Assembly (NCBI GenBank): GCA_964579725.1
Contig: CAZOHG010000009.1
Location: 16,058 to 80,057, forward strand
DNA length: 64,000 nucleotides
Direction: 5' to 3'
Source: an uncultured Deferribacteres bacterium
GTDB lineage: Bacteria; Zhuqueibacterota; JdFR-76; BMS3Abin05
The first letter of the stretch is position 1, and each line of letters opens with the position of its first letter. Below, piece by piece: positions 27,294 through 38,251 of this stretch. The position numbers and the translations under genes were made by a program. The notes under the pieces are model-generated. The model did no database searches. It was not told the DNA's origin and saw nothing but the letters and a program-made list of their open reading frames with translations.

Positions 27294-28277
27294 ATGGCTG
27301 GAAACGTGTTGGTAATTGCGGAACAGCGGAACGGCAAATTTAGAAAAGCTGCCTATGAAGTAGCCACCGCCGGTCGCCAGATTGGCGATGCGTTGGGCGG
27401 CGAGGTTGTGGCTTTGGTTGTGGGAAAAGGCATTTCCGAAATGGCAGGAGAATTGGGCGCTTACGGCGTGGACAAAGTTCTGGTAGCGGAAAGCGACGTG
27501 TTTGAAAATTACGCCCCGGAGGGGTTTGTGCGCGCCGTTCAAGACGCCGCTGCCAAAACAGGCGCTCAGGTCGTCCTTTTTTCGGCTACCTCTCAGGGCA
27601 AGGATTTGGCGCCCCGGGTGGCTCAAAAAATGGGTGTGGGGCTGGCCTCCGACTGCACGGGACTTTCGGTGGAAAACGGAAAACTGGTGGCAAAGCGTCC
27701 CATTTACGCGGGAAAGGCATTCATTCAGGTTGCTTTCAAATCAGCTCCGGAAATGGCAACAGTTCGTCCCAAAGCTTTTACCCCTGAGGTTCGGGCGGAA
27801 GGCCAAAGGGCGCCGGTAGAAGCGCTCAGTGTGTCGGTGGACGCTTCCGAAATCAAAACAAAGGTGAAGGAATTTATCGAAACCGGGGGCGGGAAAATCG
27901 ATTTGACAGAAGCCGACATTATTGTGTCCGGTGGGCGGGGGATGAAAGGCCCCGAAAACTTCAAAATGCTGGAAGAGCTGGCCGATCTGTTGGGAGGCGC
28001 TGTGGGCGCTTCGCGAGCCGCTGTGGACGCCGGTTGGCGGCCCCATTCCGATCAGGTTGGACAGACCGGGAAAACGGTTTCTCCCAATTTGTACATTGCC
28101 GTCGGCATTTCCGGAGCCATTCAGCACCTCGCCGGAATGGGCTCGTCCAAAGTCATTGTCGCCATTAACAAAGACCCCGAAGCGCCTATTTTCCAGAAGG
28201 CGGATTACGGCATTGTAGCCGATTTGTTCGAGGCCGTCCCGGCCATGATTGAAGAGGTTAAAAAGTTGAAGAATTAA
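27294..28277 (+). CDS. etfA: Electron transfer flavoprotein alpha subunit
   Basis: FAD-binding C-terminal motifs [54 protein letters not shown] and [13 protein letters not shown]. Confidence 0.92.
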   Translation: MAGNVLVIAEQRNGKFRKAAYEVATAGRQIGDALGGEVVALVVGKGISEMAGELGAYGVDKVLVAESDVFENYAPEGFVRAVQDAAAKTGAQVVLFSATSQGKDLAPRVAQKMGVGLASDCTGLSVENGKLVAKRPIYAGKAFIQVAFKSAPEMATVRPKAFTPEVRAEGQRAPVEALSVSVDASEIKTKVKEFIETGGGKIDLTEADIIVSGGRGMKGPENFKMLEELADLLGGAVGASRAAVDAGWRPHSDQVGQTGKTVSPNLYIAVGISGAIQHLAGMGSSKVIVAINKDPEAPIFQKADYGIVADLFEAVPAMIEEVKKLKN

Positions 28278-28284
28278 ACCGAAT

Positions 28285-28316
28285 GGGGAGAAGGCGCGTG
28301 CTTTCTCCCCTAATTT
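28285..28316 (+). terminator. Hairpin after etfA (weak U-tract)
   Basis: Stem GGGGAGAA (28285-28292) / TTCTCCCC (28303-28310), followed by TAATTT. Confidence 0.5.
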
Positions 28317-28346
28317 GGGCAAATTGGTTTTAAGAAAGAAAGCTCG

Positions 28347-28946
28347 ATGGACATGATGTCAAGTTGGAAGGTTTGGTTTTCGGATCGGGGGCGATTTTTC
28401 CAAAAGCGCAAATGGCCGTTTGGATTTTTGCCCCTCTGGGCAGTGTTGATTTTGTCCCTTTATTTGGCGGGTTGTGCCACCACCTCTACTGTTCGCATTC
28501 GGGAGAAATCTTCCGCCGCCAAAAAGGGCGAAGCAACGGCAACGGTTCGGCAAGTGGAAGATTTAAACCCCGAGGCGCTGCCGGACTCGATTTTCAAGGT
28601 GTCGGAGAAATCGCCCCTGCCCGAACAAAGTTCGGAAATCCATTTGCAACAGGAAGTGACAAAGGAAGATACTGCCCGGGAAATCATCGAAGAAAAACCG
28701 GGCTACCGAATTCAAATTGCGGCGCTTTCCAACCAGGATGAAGCCATGCAAATCAAAAAAGAAGCCATGCTGAAATTTGCCGAGCAGGGGGTGTATTTGA
28801 TTTTTGATCCCCCTTTTTACAAAATTCGCGTAGGCGATTTTGTAAGTCGCTACGACGCCGAAAAATTACAGCAGAAGGCGATTCAATTGGGGTACAAGGA
28901 TGCCTGGATTGTCCGTACGCGGGTGAAGGTCAAAAAGATCGAGTAG
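28347..28946 (+). CDS. SPOR-domain lipoprotein (peptidoglycan-binding)
   Basis: Lipobox LYLAGC. The C-terminal SPOR pattern is GYRIQIAALSNQDEAMQIKKEA...PFYKIRVGDFVSRYDAEKLQQKAIQLGYKDAWIV. Confidence 0.8.
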   Translation: MDMMSSWKVWFSDRGRFFQKRKWPFGFLPLWAVLILSLYLAGCATTSTVRIREKSSAAKKGEATATVRQVEDLNPEALPDSIFKVSEKSPLPEQSSEIHLQQEVTKEDTAREIIEEKPGYRIQIAALSNQDEAMQIKKEAMLKFAEQGVYLIFDPPFYKIRVGDFVSRYDAEKLQQKAIQLGYKDAWIVRTRVKVKKIE

Positions 28947-29295
28947 GGTGGAAAAGGGGCAAATTCTTTGGGGAAGAGAAAATAGTTTTCGGAAAATGAA
29001 GGCGCTTCTTAGGGGAGTGTAGAAAGCCGTTGTCAACATTCACGAAAACGTAAGGAGTGGGCTTTGAAAAAACCGCGCATTGTTTCCTACAAATTTCCAC
29101 GATTTCGGGTTTTGGTTACCAGCTACAACAATCTTCACCCTCCTTCCAAACCTTGCACATCAAATTGACCCCCAAACGCTCCAAGCTAAAAAAGAATTTC
29201 GGTGAAAAATACATCGACTCAATCTGTTTTCTGCCATTTTGGGGGCTGGATTTCAGGCGGTAAGTTTTTGATTTTAAGAAGAGATAAAAATCTAT

Positions 29296-29328
29296 TTGTA
29301 ATGCGGCGAAAAATTTATTAAATTAAAT
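29296..29328 (+). promoter_or_regulatory. Promoter for the yebC-ruvCAB cluster: TTGTAA-N17-TAAATT(AAAT)
   Basis: TTGTAA at 29296-29301, 17-nt spacer, TAAATTAAAT at 29319-29328, about 20 nt upstream of the start codon region. Confidence 0.6.
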
Positions 29329-29348
29329 CGAACGATTTTGGAGGAAGT

Positions 29349-30095
29349 ATGTCTGGTCACAATAAATGGAGTTCGATCAAGCACAAAAAGGCCAAGGTGG
29401 ACGCCCAACGGGGCCGAATTTTTACGCGTCTGATTAAAGAAATTACGGTGGCAGCCCGAATGGGCGGCGGAGACGAAGAATCGAATCCGCGGCTGCGAGC
29501 GGCCGTGGCGGCGGCTAAAGCGGCTAATATGCCTTCGGCCAATATTGAACGGGCCATTAAGCGGGGCACAGGGGAGCTTCCCGGGGTAACCTACGAAGAA
29601 GCCACCTACGAGGGGTACGGCCCGGGCGGTGCCGCCTTGCTAATCGAAACCCTGACGGACAACAAAAATCGGACGGTAGCGGACCTGCGCCACATTTTAA
29701 GCAAGCACAACGGCAATTTGGGCGAATCCGGCAGTGTGGCCTGGATTTTTGAAAAGAAAGGGGTCATCGTCATTAAGGGCGAGGGTCTCAGTGAGGATGA
29801 CGTCATGATGGCCGTTTTGGACGCCGGTGCTGAGGACATTAAATCGGACGGCGAAACGTTTGAAGTCCTCACGGCTCCAGAAGATTTTGAAGCGGTTAAA
29901 AAAGCGGTGGAAGATGCCGGTTACCCAATTGATTCGGCGGAGATTACCATGTACCCCAAAACCACCGTTAAATTGGAAGGTAAACACGCCGAACAAATGC
30001 TCAAATTAATGGACGCTTTGGACGAGCACGATGACGTTCAAAATGTGTATTCAAACTTTGACATTGACGTGAACGTCATGGAGCAGTTTGAATAG
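29349..30095 (+). CDS. YebC/PmpR-family DNA-binding transcriptional regulator
   Basis: [32 protein letters not shown] and [17 protein letters not shown] form the canonical YebC N-terminus. Length is 248 aa. Confidence 0.93.
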   Translation: MSGHNKWSSIKHKKAKVDAQRGRIFTRLIKEITVAARMGGGDEESNPRLRAAVAAAKAANMPSANIERAIKRGTGELPGVTYEEATYEGYGPGGAALLIETLTDNKNRTVADLRHILSKHNGNLGESGSVAWIFEKKGVIVIKGEGLSEDDVMMAVLDAGAEDIKSDGETFEVLTAPEDFEAVKKAVEDAGYPIDSAEITMYPKTTVKLEGKHAEQMLKLMDALDEHDDVQNVYSNFDIDVNVMEQFE

Positions 30096-30102
30096 AGGAA
30101 AG

Positions 30103-30612
30103 GTGGCGAGTCGGATTGTGCTGGGCGTGGACCCCAGCACCACGGCAACCGGGTTCGGATTGGTTGCCACAGACGGTTACGACATTTCGGTGGTGCATTT
30201 TGGCGTCATTAAAACGGCACGTCGTCTTTCGCTGGCCGATCGGCTTCTGAAAATTTTCAATGAATTGTCGGAAATAATTCTCTCGTTTCAACCGGAAGAA
30301 TTCGCCATTGAAGATATTTTTTACGCGGAGCACACCAAATCGGCCTTGAAATTGGGGCACGCGCGCGGTGTGGCGATACTTTCGGCCAAATTGCGGGATT
30401 TGCCTGTTGCTGAGTATTCGCCGCGGGAGATCAAGCAAGCCGTTGTCGGGTACGGAAACGCTTCGAAAGAACAGGTCAAACTTTCTGTTCAACGGCTTTT
30501 GCATCTTCAGGCTGACAGACCGCTTTCCTTTGACGCCGCTGACGCTTTGGCTGTGGCTTTGTGCCATTGCCATCGTCTTTCACGAAGAATGCTTCAGGCG
30601 AAAAATGCGTAA
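30103..30612 (+). CDS. ruvC: Crossover junction endodeoxyribonuclease RuvC (start uncertain: TTG 30088, GTG 30103 or GTG 30118)
   Basis: ILGVDPSTTATGFGLV (catalytic Asp), FAIEDIFY and AADALAVALCH are present. Confidence 0.88.
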   Translation: MASRIVLGVDPSTTATGFGLVATDGYDISVVHFGVIKTARRLSLADRLLKIFNELSEIILSFQPEEFAIEDIFYAEHTKSALKLGHARGVAILSAKLRDLPVAEYSPREIKQAVVGYGNASKEQVKLSVQRLLHLQADRPLSFDAADALAVALCHCHRLSRRMLQAKNA

Positions 30613-30651
30613 AACGACCATGACCTCGAAAATGGGTGATTTGAATTTCCA

Positions 30652-31254
30652 ATGATTAGCTTTCTGCAGGGGCAGATCGTTCAGCGGTTTCCAACGAAAA
30701 TCGTTCTGGATGTGAACGGTGTTGGGTATGAAGTGAACATTTCATTGAATGCGTACCAACAACTTCCCAAAAATCCCACGAACGTCCGAATTTTGACCTA
30801 TTTGCACGTCCGCGAAGATTCCATGCAGCTTTTTGGCTTTTTTTCTGCGGAAGAACGTGATCTCTTTCTGAAGTTGATTTCCGTTTCCGGAATCGGGCCG
30901 CGTTTGGCGCAGGGGATGCTTTCGGGCACCACGCCGGACGATTTTAAACAGGCCGTTTTGAGCGAGGACATCGGACGGCTGACCCTGATCCCCGGGGTTG
31001 GGAAAAAAACGGCGCAGCGCATTGTCTTGGATTTAAAGGAAAAGCTGCGTTCTGAAGAGGTGGAAGCTCTCAGGGAAGATCGGGACGAACAAACGCAAAT
31101 TTCAGACGAAGCGGTTTTGGCGCTGGTTTCGTTGGGGTACCGTCAGCCGGTTGCCCAAAAGGCCGTGCAGCACGTTTTGCAGGTACACCCGGAAATTGGA
31201 TCCCTGGAAGAGCTAATTAAATTGGCTCTATCGCGTGTCCAATCCGTTCATTAA
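30652..31254 (+). CDS. ruvA: Holliday junction branch migration complex subunit RuvA
   Basis: MISFLQGQIV...VLDVNGVGYEV, helix-hairpin-helix motifs LISVSGIGPRLA and LIPGVGKKTAQRI. Confidence 0.92.
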   Translation: MISFLQGQIVQRFPTKIVLDVNGVGYEVNISLNAYQQLPKNPTNVRILTYLHVREDSMQLFGFFSAEERDLFLKLISVSGIGPRLAQGMLSGTTPDDFKQAVLSEDIGRLTLIPGVGKKTAQRIVLDLKEKLRSEEVEALREDRDEQTQISDEAVLALVSLGYRQPVAQKAVQHVLQVHPEIGSLEELIKLALSRVQSVH

Positions 31255-31272
31255 AACGGGTTTGAAAAGGAA

Positions 31273-32319
31273 TTGAAACAAGTGAATCGAAAATACGCAG
31301 ACACGCCCACCAATCCGGAGCTCTTGGACGGTGAGTACGAGGTGGATCGAACCCTGCGGCCCTCGCGGCTGGAGGATTTTATCGGCCAGCAGAAGTTGAA
31401 GGAAAATCTGCGCATTTTTATTCTGGCGGCCAAAGGTCGGGGAGAGGCTCTGGACCACGTGCTGTTTTACGGTCCGCCCGGCCTGGGGAAAACAACATTG
31501 GCCAATATTATTGCCCGCGAATTGGAAGTCGATATTAAGGTCACGTCGGGCCCCGTGTTGGAAAAAGCCGGGGATCTGGCCGGCATCTTAACCAATTTGC
31601 GTGAAGGAGACGTGCTGTTCATTGACGAAATTCACCGTCTCAATGCGACGGTGGAGGAATATCTTTACACGGCCATGGAAGATTTCCGTCTGGACATCGT
31701 CATTGATAAGGGCGCTAATGCCCGAAGTGTCCGGCTCAATTTGCCGCACTTCACGCTGGTGGGAGCCACTACCCGGGCGGGACTGCTGACGTCCCCTTTG
31801 CGCTCACGCTTCGGCGTGGTGAGTCGTTTGGACTATTACCCGCCGGAGGATCTCTACCACATTGTGGTTCGATCGGCTCAAATTTTGGAGGTGGAAATTG
31901 ACCCGGACGGAGCCATGGAAATTGCTCGCCGCTCGCGGGGGACGCCTCGGATCGCCAACCGACTGCTTCGGCGGGTGCGGGATTTTGCACAAATTGAGGG
32001 TGACGGGGTGATCACCAAAAATCTGGCGGCCAACGCACTGCAGCGTCTTGACGTGGACGCGCGCGGTTTAGACGAAATGGATAAGCGCATCTTGTTGACG
32101 GTCATTCGAAAATTTAACGGCGGCCCCGTTGGGGTCAATTCTCTCGCTGTGGCCGTTGGCGAAGAAAGCGACACTATTGAGGAAATTTACGAGCCGTTTC
32201 TCATTCAACAGGGCTTTTTGCACCGCACGGCTCGCGGGCGGCAGGCAACCCCCTTTGCGTACGAATATTTCGGTATTTCGAAAAAACGGCCGTTGGACAG
32301 CCAGCCAGAATTGTTTTAA
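31273..32319 (+). CDS. ruvB: Holliday junction DNA helicase RuvB (TTG 31273 or GTG 31282 start)
   Basis: [12 protein letters not shown], Walker [10 protein letters not shown], Walker [11 protein letters not shown], and [21 protein letters not shown]. Confidence 0.95.
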   Translation: MKQVNRKYADTPTNPELLDGEYEVDRTLRPSRLEDFIGQQKLKENLRIFILAAKGRGEALDHVLFYGPPGLGKTTLANIIARELEVDIKVTSGPVLEKAGDLAGILTNLREGDVLFIDEIHRLNATVEEYLYTAMEDFRLDIVIDKGANARSVRLNLPHFTLVGATTRAGLLTSPLRSRFGVVSRLDYYPPEDLYHIVVRSAQILEVEIDPDGAMEIARRSRGTPRIANRLLRRVRDFAQIEGDGVITKNLAANALQRLDVDARGLDEMDKRILLTVIRKFNGGPVGVNSLAVAVGEESDTIEEIYEPFLIQQGFLHRTARGRQATPFAYEYFGISKKRPLDSQPELF

Positions 32320-32432
32320 TTGGTCGTTTCAACCGGGGAAAAGAGGGGGCCAAAAAAGAGTTTCGGCAAAAAAACACCCGAAAAATGTGACACACGAGGG
32401 GCATCAACAAAATAGGTCAGGCGGAGTAGAAA

Positions 32433-33461
32433 ATGAAGTTATCAGATTTTAAGTACAGTGTTCCAGAGCATTTGATTGCTCAATATCCACCCGAAAAACG
32501 GGATCACGCCCGAATGATGGTTTTGCACCGGGCGGACAAAAAGATTGAGCAGAAAATGTTCTACCACCTGGTAGATTACCTCACGGAGGACGATTGCCTG
32601 GTAATCAACGAGACCAAGGTTTTCCCGGCGCGCTTGATTGCTCACAAAGACAAAACCGACGCAGAAGTGGAGGTCTTTTTGCTTCGGGAATTGGAGAGTA
32701 ATCTCTGGGAAGTGCTGGTCAAGCCGGCACGAAAGGTTCGCATTGGCAATCGGCTTTCCATCGGCAAAGACCTCTATTGTGACGTCATTGACAATACCGT
32801 CTCCGGCGGACGCGTGGTGCGATTTAATTTCAACGGCAATTTCTTCGATATTATTGACGAGCTTGGACGAACGCCTCTGCCGCCTTACATTAAGCGCGCG
32901 GCAAATGCCGAGGACAAGAAGAATTACCAGACGGTGTACGCCAAAGTGCGGGGCGCCGTGGCGGCTCCAACGGCAGGCCTTCATTTTACGCAGGAGATTC
33001 TGGATCAAATTAAGGCAAAGGGAACCCGTGTGGTGCCAATGGTGGTGCACGTGGGTCTGGGGTCTTTTCGTCCGGTACAGGTGGAAGAACTCTCGCGCCA
33101 CAAAATGGATTCGGAGTATTTTGAGATTTACGAAGAAACGGCGCGCGTCATTAATGAAACCAAAGAAAGGGGGGGGCGCGTTCTGGCCGTGGGGACCAGC
33201 ACCGTCCGCGGACTGGAGTCGGCTGTGGCGTCCGACCACGCCATAAAAGCCGTTAGCGGTTGGACGGACAAATTTATTTACCCGCCGTACGATTTCAAAG
33301 TGGTGGACGGCATGGTGACTAATTTTCACCTTCCCGGCTCCACCCTGATTATGTTGGTGAGCGCTTTTGCAGGCAAGGATTTTGTCTTCAAAGCCTACCG
33401 AAAAGCCATTCGGGAGAAATACCGTTTTTACAGCTACGGCGACGCCATGTTCATTGTGTAA
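32433..33461 (+). CDS. queA: S-adenosylmethionine:tRNA ribosyltransferase-isomerase
   Basis: MKLSDFKYSVPEHLIAQYP, LPPYI, YQTVYA, GAVAAPTAGLHFT, VGLGSFRPV, VGTSTVRGLES and FYSYGDAMFI. Confidence 0.95.
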   Translation: MKLSDFKYSVPEHLIAQYPPEKRDHARMMVLHRADKKIEQKMFYHLVDYLTEDDCLVINETKVFPARLIAHKDKTDAEVEVFLLRELESNLWEVLVKPARKVRIGNRLSIGKDLYCDVIDNTVSGGRVVRFNFNGNFFDIIDELGRTPLPPYIKRAANAEDKKNYQTVYAKVRGAVAAPTAGLHFTQEILDQIKAKGTRVVPMVVHVGLGSFRPVQVEELSRHKMDSEYFEIYEETARVINETKERGGRVLAVGTSTVRGLESAVASDHAIKAVSGWTDKFIYPPYDFKVVDGMVTNFHLPGSTLIMLVSAFAGKDFVFKAYRKAIREKYRFYSYGDAMFIV

Positions 33462-33679
33462 AGCCCTTTGAAAAACAGGCTGGGGTTCGTTTTTGGGGCT
33501 TCGGTGCCGATGCGATTTTACAGAGAAATTTTGCTGTTGAATTTTCAGGGCCCACGCAGTGGAATGGCCGAAAGGTTGAGTTTGCAATTTGCGTTTGGAG
33601 AAAAGCAAACACCCGCTTAAAACGGGTGGCGTAAGACGCTCTAAAAAGCAAATAGCGTGAAGAAACAGGAAAAGGTTCC

Positions 33680-34402
33680 ATGAATGTGACGGCTCTGATC
33701 CCGGCGGCCGGAATGGGCAGTCGAATGAGAGCGCAAACAAAAAAGCAATATCTTCGAGTCGGTCATCGACCGATTCTTTTTTATACGCTGTCGCGATTTG
33801 AATCCTGTGCTTTTGTCCGAGATATTCTTCTCGCGGTGCCCGAGGAAGATTTGACCTTTGTAGCGTCGGAAATTGTGGATCGTTTTGGATTTCGAAAAGT
33901 TCAAAAGATTGTTTCCGGGGGCAAAGAGCGGCAGGATTCGGTCAGGGCGGCGTTTGAGGCCTTGGACGGAGAGCCCGATTTGGTCATGATTCACGACGGC
34001 GTGCGCCCTTTTGTAACACCTGCTATTTTGAAAAAGGCCGCCGAAGTCGCTTTTGAAAAGGGAGCCAGCGTGGTGGGCATCCCGGCTTCGGCCACGATTA
34101 AGCGCGTGCACAAAGGACGGGTTGAAGCCACCCTGATTCGCTCGGAATTGTGGGAAATCCAAACCCCGCAAACGTTTCGGACGGACTGGTTCCGGCAAGC
34201 CCTTGAAAAGGCCGCTGCCAGTGGTTTTCGGGCAACCGACGACGCAACCCTTTTGGAACAGGCCGGTTTCCCCGTTTACGTGGTGGAGGGGAGTTCTTTT
34301 AATTTGAAAATTACGCGCCCGGAGGACCTCACGCTGGCCGCCTGTTTGTTGCAAAACCAGAACGGCGGGCAGGCTTCCGTTGCCGAGGGAATCGAATCAT
34401 GA
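33680..34402 (+). CDS. ispD: 2-C-methyl-D-erythritol 4-phosphate cytidylyltransferase
   Basis: ALIPAAGMGSRM, KQYL, GGKERQDSV, HDGVRPF and ATDDATLLE. Confidence 0.9.
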   Translation: MNVTALIPAAGMGSRMRAQTKKQYLRVGHRPILFYTLSRFESCAFVRDILLAVPEEDLTFVASEIVDRFGFRKVQKIVSGGKERQDSVRAAFEALDGEPDLVMIHDGVRPFVTPAILKKAAEVAFEKGASVVGIPASATIKRVHKGRVEATLIRSELWEIQTPQTFRTDWFRQALEKAAASGFRATDDATLLEQAGFPVYVVEGSSFNLKITRPEDLTLAACLLQNQNGGQASVAEGIES

Positions 34403-34881
34403 GCATTCGTGTAGGCATTGGGCAGGACAGTCATCGCTTCGACCTGGAAAATCCGGACAGGGTTCTCAAATTGGCCGGGATTGAGATTGAGGGAGAACCC
34501 GGACTAAGCGGAAACAGTGACGCGGACGTGGTTCTGCACGCGGTTACGAATGCCGTGTCGGGTGTGACAGGGGTCAATATTTTAGGTGAACGCAGCGATT
34601 ACCTGTGCCAGAAGGGCATTACGGATAGCGCTGCCTATTTGAAGGACGCGCTGCGTTTTCTGCGCAAGGGGCGAGTTCTCCATGTTTCGGTTTCCATTGA
34701 GGCGCAAAGACCAAAATTGGCGCCCTACACGGATCGAATGAAAAAGCGATTGGCCGGGTTGCTCGGCATTTCACCCAACCAGGTGGGGCTGACGGCAACA
34801 TCGGGGGAAGGACTGACTGCCTTTGGCCGTGGCGAGGGAATTCAAGTGATCGCCGTGCTTACGGCTGAACTTGAGGATTAA
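34399..34881 (+). CDS. ispF: 2-C-methyl-D-erythritol 2,4-cyclodiphosphate synthase
   Basis: IRVGIGQDSHRF, SDADVVLHAVTNA and TATSGEGLTAFGRGEGI are present. There is a 4-nt overlap with ispD. Confidence 0.92.
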   Translation: MSIRVGIGQDSHRFDLENPDRVLKLAGIEIEGEPGLSGNSDADVVLHAVTNAVSGVTGVNILGERSDYLCQKGITDSAAYLKDALRFLRKGRVLHVSVSIEAQRPKLAPYTDRMKKRLAGLLGISPNQVGLTATSGEGLTAFGRGEGIQVIAVLTAELED

Positions 34882-34886
34882 CCCTC

Positions 34887-35501
34887 GTGGACGCCATTTT
34901 TCATCTGCTCAGTCAAAATCACGGCGCGATTTCGTATGTTTTGATTTTTTTAATCGGTTTTTTGGAAAGCGTTTTCCCGCCGGTTCCGGGAGACACGGCC
35001 GTTTTGTTTTCCGTGGTTTTGATTAAAAAGGGTGCCTTGACGTTTGGAGGGGTTCTCGTCAGTGTCAGTTTGGGGGGCGCCACCGGTTTTTTTACCATTT
35101 ATTATTTTACCGCCCGCTGGGGGAAAAGCTGGGCACTCCGGCAAAAGTGGTTGCGTTTCGACGAGAAACGATTGGAAAAAACGGATGCGCTGTTCCGGCG
35201 GTACGGCGATTTTCTAATCCTTGGCAATCGCTTTTTTTCGGGATTCCGTACAGCTATTGCGCTGGTGGCAGGACTTTCTTCCGTCAATGTGTGGAAAATG
35301 TTGGGGTTGTCGTTCGCCGGGGTATTTTTGTGGAACTCCGGGTTGCTGTACATCGGAACAACTGTTTTGAAAAACCACAAGCTTCTTTTGGCGCATCTGA
35401 AAACCTACAATGAAGGGGTGGCTGTGGTGCTTGTGGCGCTGGCCCTTTTGGCCGGCGCAATTTATGGGTGGAAACGAAAAAGGAGAAATCAAAATAGATG
35501 A
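34887..35501 (+). CDS. DedA-family (SNARE-associated/VTT domain) membrane protein
   Basis: FLIGFLESVFPPVPGDT is the DedA signature. There are 4-5 TM segments, a GTG start and a 4-nt overlap with gltX. Confidence 0.75.
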   Translation: MDAIFHLLSQNHGAISYVLIFLIGFLESVFPPVPGDTAVLFSVVLIKKGALTFGGVLVSVSLGGATGFFTIYYFTARWGKSWALRQKWLRFDEKRLEKTDALFRRYGDFLILGNRFFSGFRTAIALVAGLSSVNVWKMLGLSFAGVFLWNSGLLYIGTTVLKNHKLLLAHLKTYNEGVAVVLVALALLAGAIYGWKRKRRNQNR

Positions 35502-36937
35502 ACATTCGCGTACGTTTTGCCCCCAGTCCCACCGGCTATTTGCACGTGGGAAATGCCCGAACGGCCATTTTGAATTGGATTTTTGCCCGACACGAGAAGG
35601 GTGCGCTCATTCTTCGCATTGAGGACACCGATTTTGAACGCTCGACCCGGGCATTTGAAACCGGAATTTGCGAAGACCTCCGCTGGCTCGGGTTGGATTG
35701 GGATGAAGGCCCCGACCGCGGCGGAGATTTTGGGCCCTACCGGCAATCGGAACGATTGGACCTTTACCGGGAATATGCCCAAAAGCTCCTGAAAGCCGGT
35801 AAGGCTTTTCGGTGCTATTGTACCCCGGAAGAAATTGAGGCACGGAACAAAGCCAAATTAGGCCAGCCGGATCAGGGGAAATACGACGGTCATTGTCTTC
35901 ATCTGACCGACGAGCAGAAACGCGCCTACGAGGCAGAGGGACGGAAACCCGTTATTCGTTTCCACGTGCCCGAAGGGACAATCCACTTTCAAGATGTGTT
36001 GAAAGGGGACATTGCGTTCGAGGGCGAAAACATCAGCGATTTTATTATTCTTCGTTCGGACGGCGTAGCCACCTACAATTTTGCGGTGGTGGTGGACGAC
36101 GCCCTCATGAAAATATCACATGTTATTCGCGGAGACGATCATCTTTCCAATACCCCTAAACAGGTGCTGTTATTTCAAGCGCTGAACTTTTCCGTTCCCA
36201 CCTTTGTGCACATTCCAATGATTTTGGGCCCCGACCGTTCCAAGCTCTCCAAACGTCACGGCATGACCTCTGTGCGAATGTATCGGGAGAAGGGCTACCT
36301 GCCCGAAGCTATCGTCAATTATTTGAGCCTTTTGAGCTGGTCGTCGGAAAGCGGTGACGAAATTTTGTCGCTGGAACGCTTGGTGAAAGAATTTGATTTT
36401 CGCCGCATGTCGCGGTCGGCGGCTATTTTTGACAGTGAAAAATTAAATTGGATGAACGGGTGGTACATTCGGAACGCTCCGTTGGAACGCATTGTTGCGC
36501 TGGGACTTCCTTTTTTGGAAAAAGCGGGGTACGATGTTTCGGACCGCAATTTTGTAACGCAGGTCATTGACATCGCTCGTGGTTACGTCGATTATTTGGC
36601 GCAATTGCCCGAAATAGCCAAAATCTTTTTTCAAGAGAAAGTCAGCCCCGAATCCGAGGAAGCGGCCGAGATTCTGGCCTTGGAAAGCTCTCAAAAGGTT
36701 TTTTCCGCCTTTTTGCAGAAGCTGGACGCGAAAGAAAAATTGGACGCTGAAACCTTCAAACGCATCATGAAAGAAATCCAAAAAGAAACCGGCGTCAAAG
36801 GAAAATGGCTCTGGATGCCCGTGCGTGTTGCGCTGACGGGACAAGTACACGGCCCCGAATTGCCGCGGGTTGTGGTTCTCTTGGGGAAAGAAAAATGCCA
36901 AAAATTTTTGGAACAGGCTTTGGCAAAAAACAGATAG
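35498..36937 (+). CDS. gltX: Glutamate--tRNA ligase
   Basis: RFAPSPTGYLHVGNARTA (HIGH motif), RIEDTD, and KLSKRHG (KMSKS motif). Length is 479 aa. Confidence 0.95.
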   Translation: MNIRVRFAPSPTGYLHVGNARTAILNWIFARHEKGALILRIEDTDFERSTRAFETGICEDLRWLGLDWDEGPDRGGDFGPYRQSERLDLYREYAQKLLKAGKAFRCYCTPEEIEARNKAKLGQPDQGKYDGHCLHLTDEQKRAYEAEGRKPVIRFHVPEGTIHFQDVLKGDIAFEGENISDFIILRSDGVATYNFAVVVDDALMKISHVIRGDDHLSNTPKQVLLFQALNFSVPTFVHIPMILGPDRSKLSKRHGMTSVRMYREKGYLPEAIVNYLSLLSWSSESGDEILSLERLVKEFDFRRMSRSAAIFDSEKLNWMNGWYIRNAPLERIVALGLPFLEKAGYDVSDRNFVTQVIDIARGYVDYLAQLPEIAKIFFQEKVSPESEEAAEILALESSQKVFSAFLQKLDAKEKLDAETFKRIMKEIQKETGVKGKWLWMPVRVALTGQVHGPELPRVVVLLGKEKCQKFLEQALAKNR

Positions 36938-37064
36938 ACGTGAAAAAAGGGTGAAGGAATAAAAGTCCGGGCGTTTTTTTGAGAAAATGCATTTTGCCTG
37001 ACAACACCTTTTGAAGAGCCGGAATGGCTCCCGGAATGTTCAACTAAACCGAAGGAGGACGAAC

Positions 37065-38240
37065 ATGCGTCGTTTTACCCAATTAGTGGTTGTGTTCCTG
37101 ACATTGGCTTTGGTGTCCAGCCTGGCCTTTGCTCAGGACAGGGCCTTTTACAAGCCCACGAAAAATTTTTGGGGAAAACCGGACACGGTTCTTACCATGG
37201 ATTTTTCCAAAATCAAAAAACCGGCTTCCCCCAAAGCGTTCCAGCAGGTGTTTCATTTCCCGCCCATTCGGCAGGACACGACCGGCACATGTTGGTGTTT
37301 TTCAGGAACATCCTTTTTGGAATCGGAGCTCTACCGAATCCACAAGAAAAAAATCAAACTTTCCGAAATGTACACGGTCTATTGGGAATATGTGGAGAAA
37401 GCCCGGCGGTACATTCGCAAAAAAGGCCATTCGGCCTTTGGCGAAGGGTCGGAGCAGGATGCTGTCGTCAATCGCATTAAGCAGTACGGAATTGTTCGGG
37501 AGTCCGACTACAACGGCTTGCTTCCCGGGCAGAAAAAGTACAATCACGCCAAGATGTTCCGAGAAATGCGGGATTATCTCCATTATTTGAAGGCTCACAA
37601 TTACTGGGATGAAAAAATCGCCCTGGCCAACATCAAGATGATTTTGAATAAATACATGGGAAAACCCCCTGAAACAATTGAAGTGAATGGCCAGAAAATG
37701 ACGCCCAAAGAATTTGCCCAATCTCTGGACTTGCCCCTGAACGACTACGTGACTTTCATGTCGCTAAAATACCTGCCCTTTTACACCAAGGGTGAATACA
37801 AGGTCCCGGACAATTGGTGGCACAGCAAGGAATATTACAATGTACCTCTAAAGGACTGGTACAAGGCGATTAAGAACGCCATTAAGAACGGATATTCCAT
37901 TGCCATTGGAGGCGACGTCTCAGAACCCGGACACAACGGCGAGGCGGACATTGCCATTGTTCCTTCATTCGATATTCCGTACAAATCCATTAATCAGGAC
38001 GCGCGCGAATTCCGCTGGTACAATCACACGTCCACAGACGACCACGGAATTCATCTGGTGGGGTACACCCATTACAAGGGCCACGACTGGTTTTTGATCA
38101 AAGATTCCAGCTCGAGTGCGTACAAGGGGAAATTTAAGGGGTATTTCTTTTTCCGGGACGATTTTGTGAAATTGAAAATGTTGACCTTTATGGTGCACAA
38201 GGATGCGGTTCGGGATTTGCTGGCGAAATTCCAGAAGTAG
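37065..38240 (+). CDS. C1-family cysteine peptidase (aminopeptidase C/bleomycin-hydrolase-like) with a signal peptide
   Basis: The ATG at 37065 has GAAGGAGG (37051-37058). Signal peptide MRRFTQLVVVFLTLALVSSLAFAQ. The active-site Cys context is QDTTGTCWCFSG and the His context is HGIHLVGY...WFLIKDSS. Confidence 0.75.
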   Translation: MRRFTQLVVVFLTLALVSSLAFAQDRAFYKPTKNFWGKPDTVLTMDFSKIKKPASPKAFQQVFHFPPIRQDTTGTCWCFSGTSFLESELYRIHKKKIKLSEMYTVYWEYVEKARRYIRKKGHSAFGEGSEQDAVVNRIKQYGIVRESDYNGLLPGQKKYNHAKMFREMRDYLHYLKAHNYWDEKIALANIKMILNKYMGKPPETIEVNGQKMTPKEFAQSLDLPLNDYVTFMSLKYLPFYTKGEYKVPDNWWHSKEYYNVPLKDWYKAIKNAIKNGYSIAIGGDVSEPGHNGEADIAIVPSFDIPYKSINQDAREFRWYNHTSTDDHGIHLVGYTHYKGHDWFLIKDSSSSAYKGKFKGYFFFRDDFVKLKMLTFMVHKDAVRDLLAKFQK

Positions 38241-38251
38241 CCTCTGCGAAA

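Noticed and set aside
29057-29263. 68-aa ORF, and an alternative ~33-aa TTG ORF preceded by AAGGAG, in the SPOR-yebC spacer
   Set aside because: The larger ORF's GTG overlaps its only SD-like sequence. The short one has an SD at plausible spacing but a non-descript product and no support. It is not reportable without expression or conservation data.
32442-33740. Very long (432 aa) ORF antisense to queA
   Set aside because: queA on the plus strand has unmistakable full-length homology motifs. The antisense product is His/Arg/Phe-rich low-information sequence with no RBS and no recognisable motif. It is a typical shadow ORF caused by codon-position bias.
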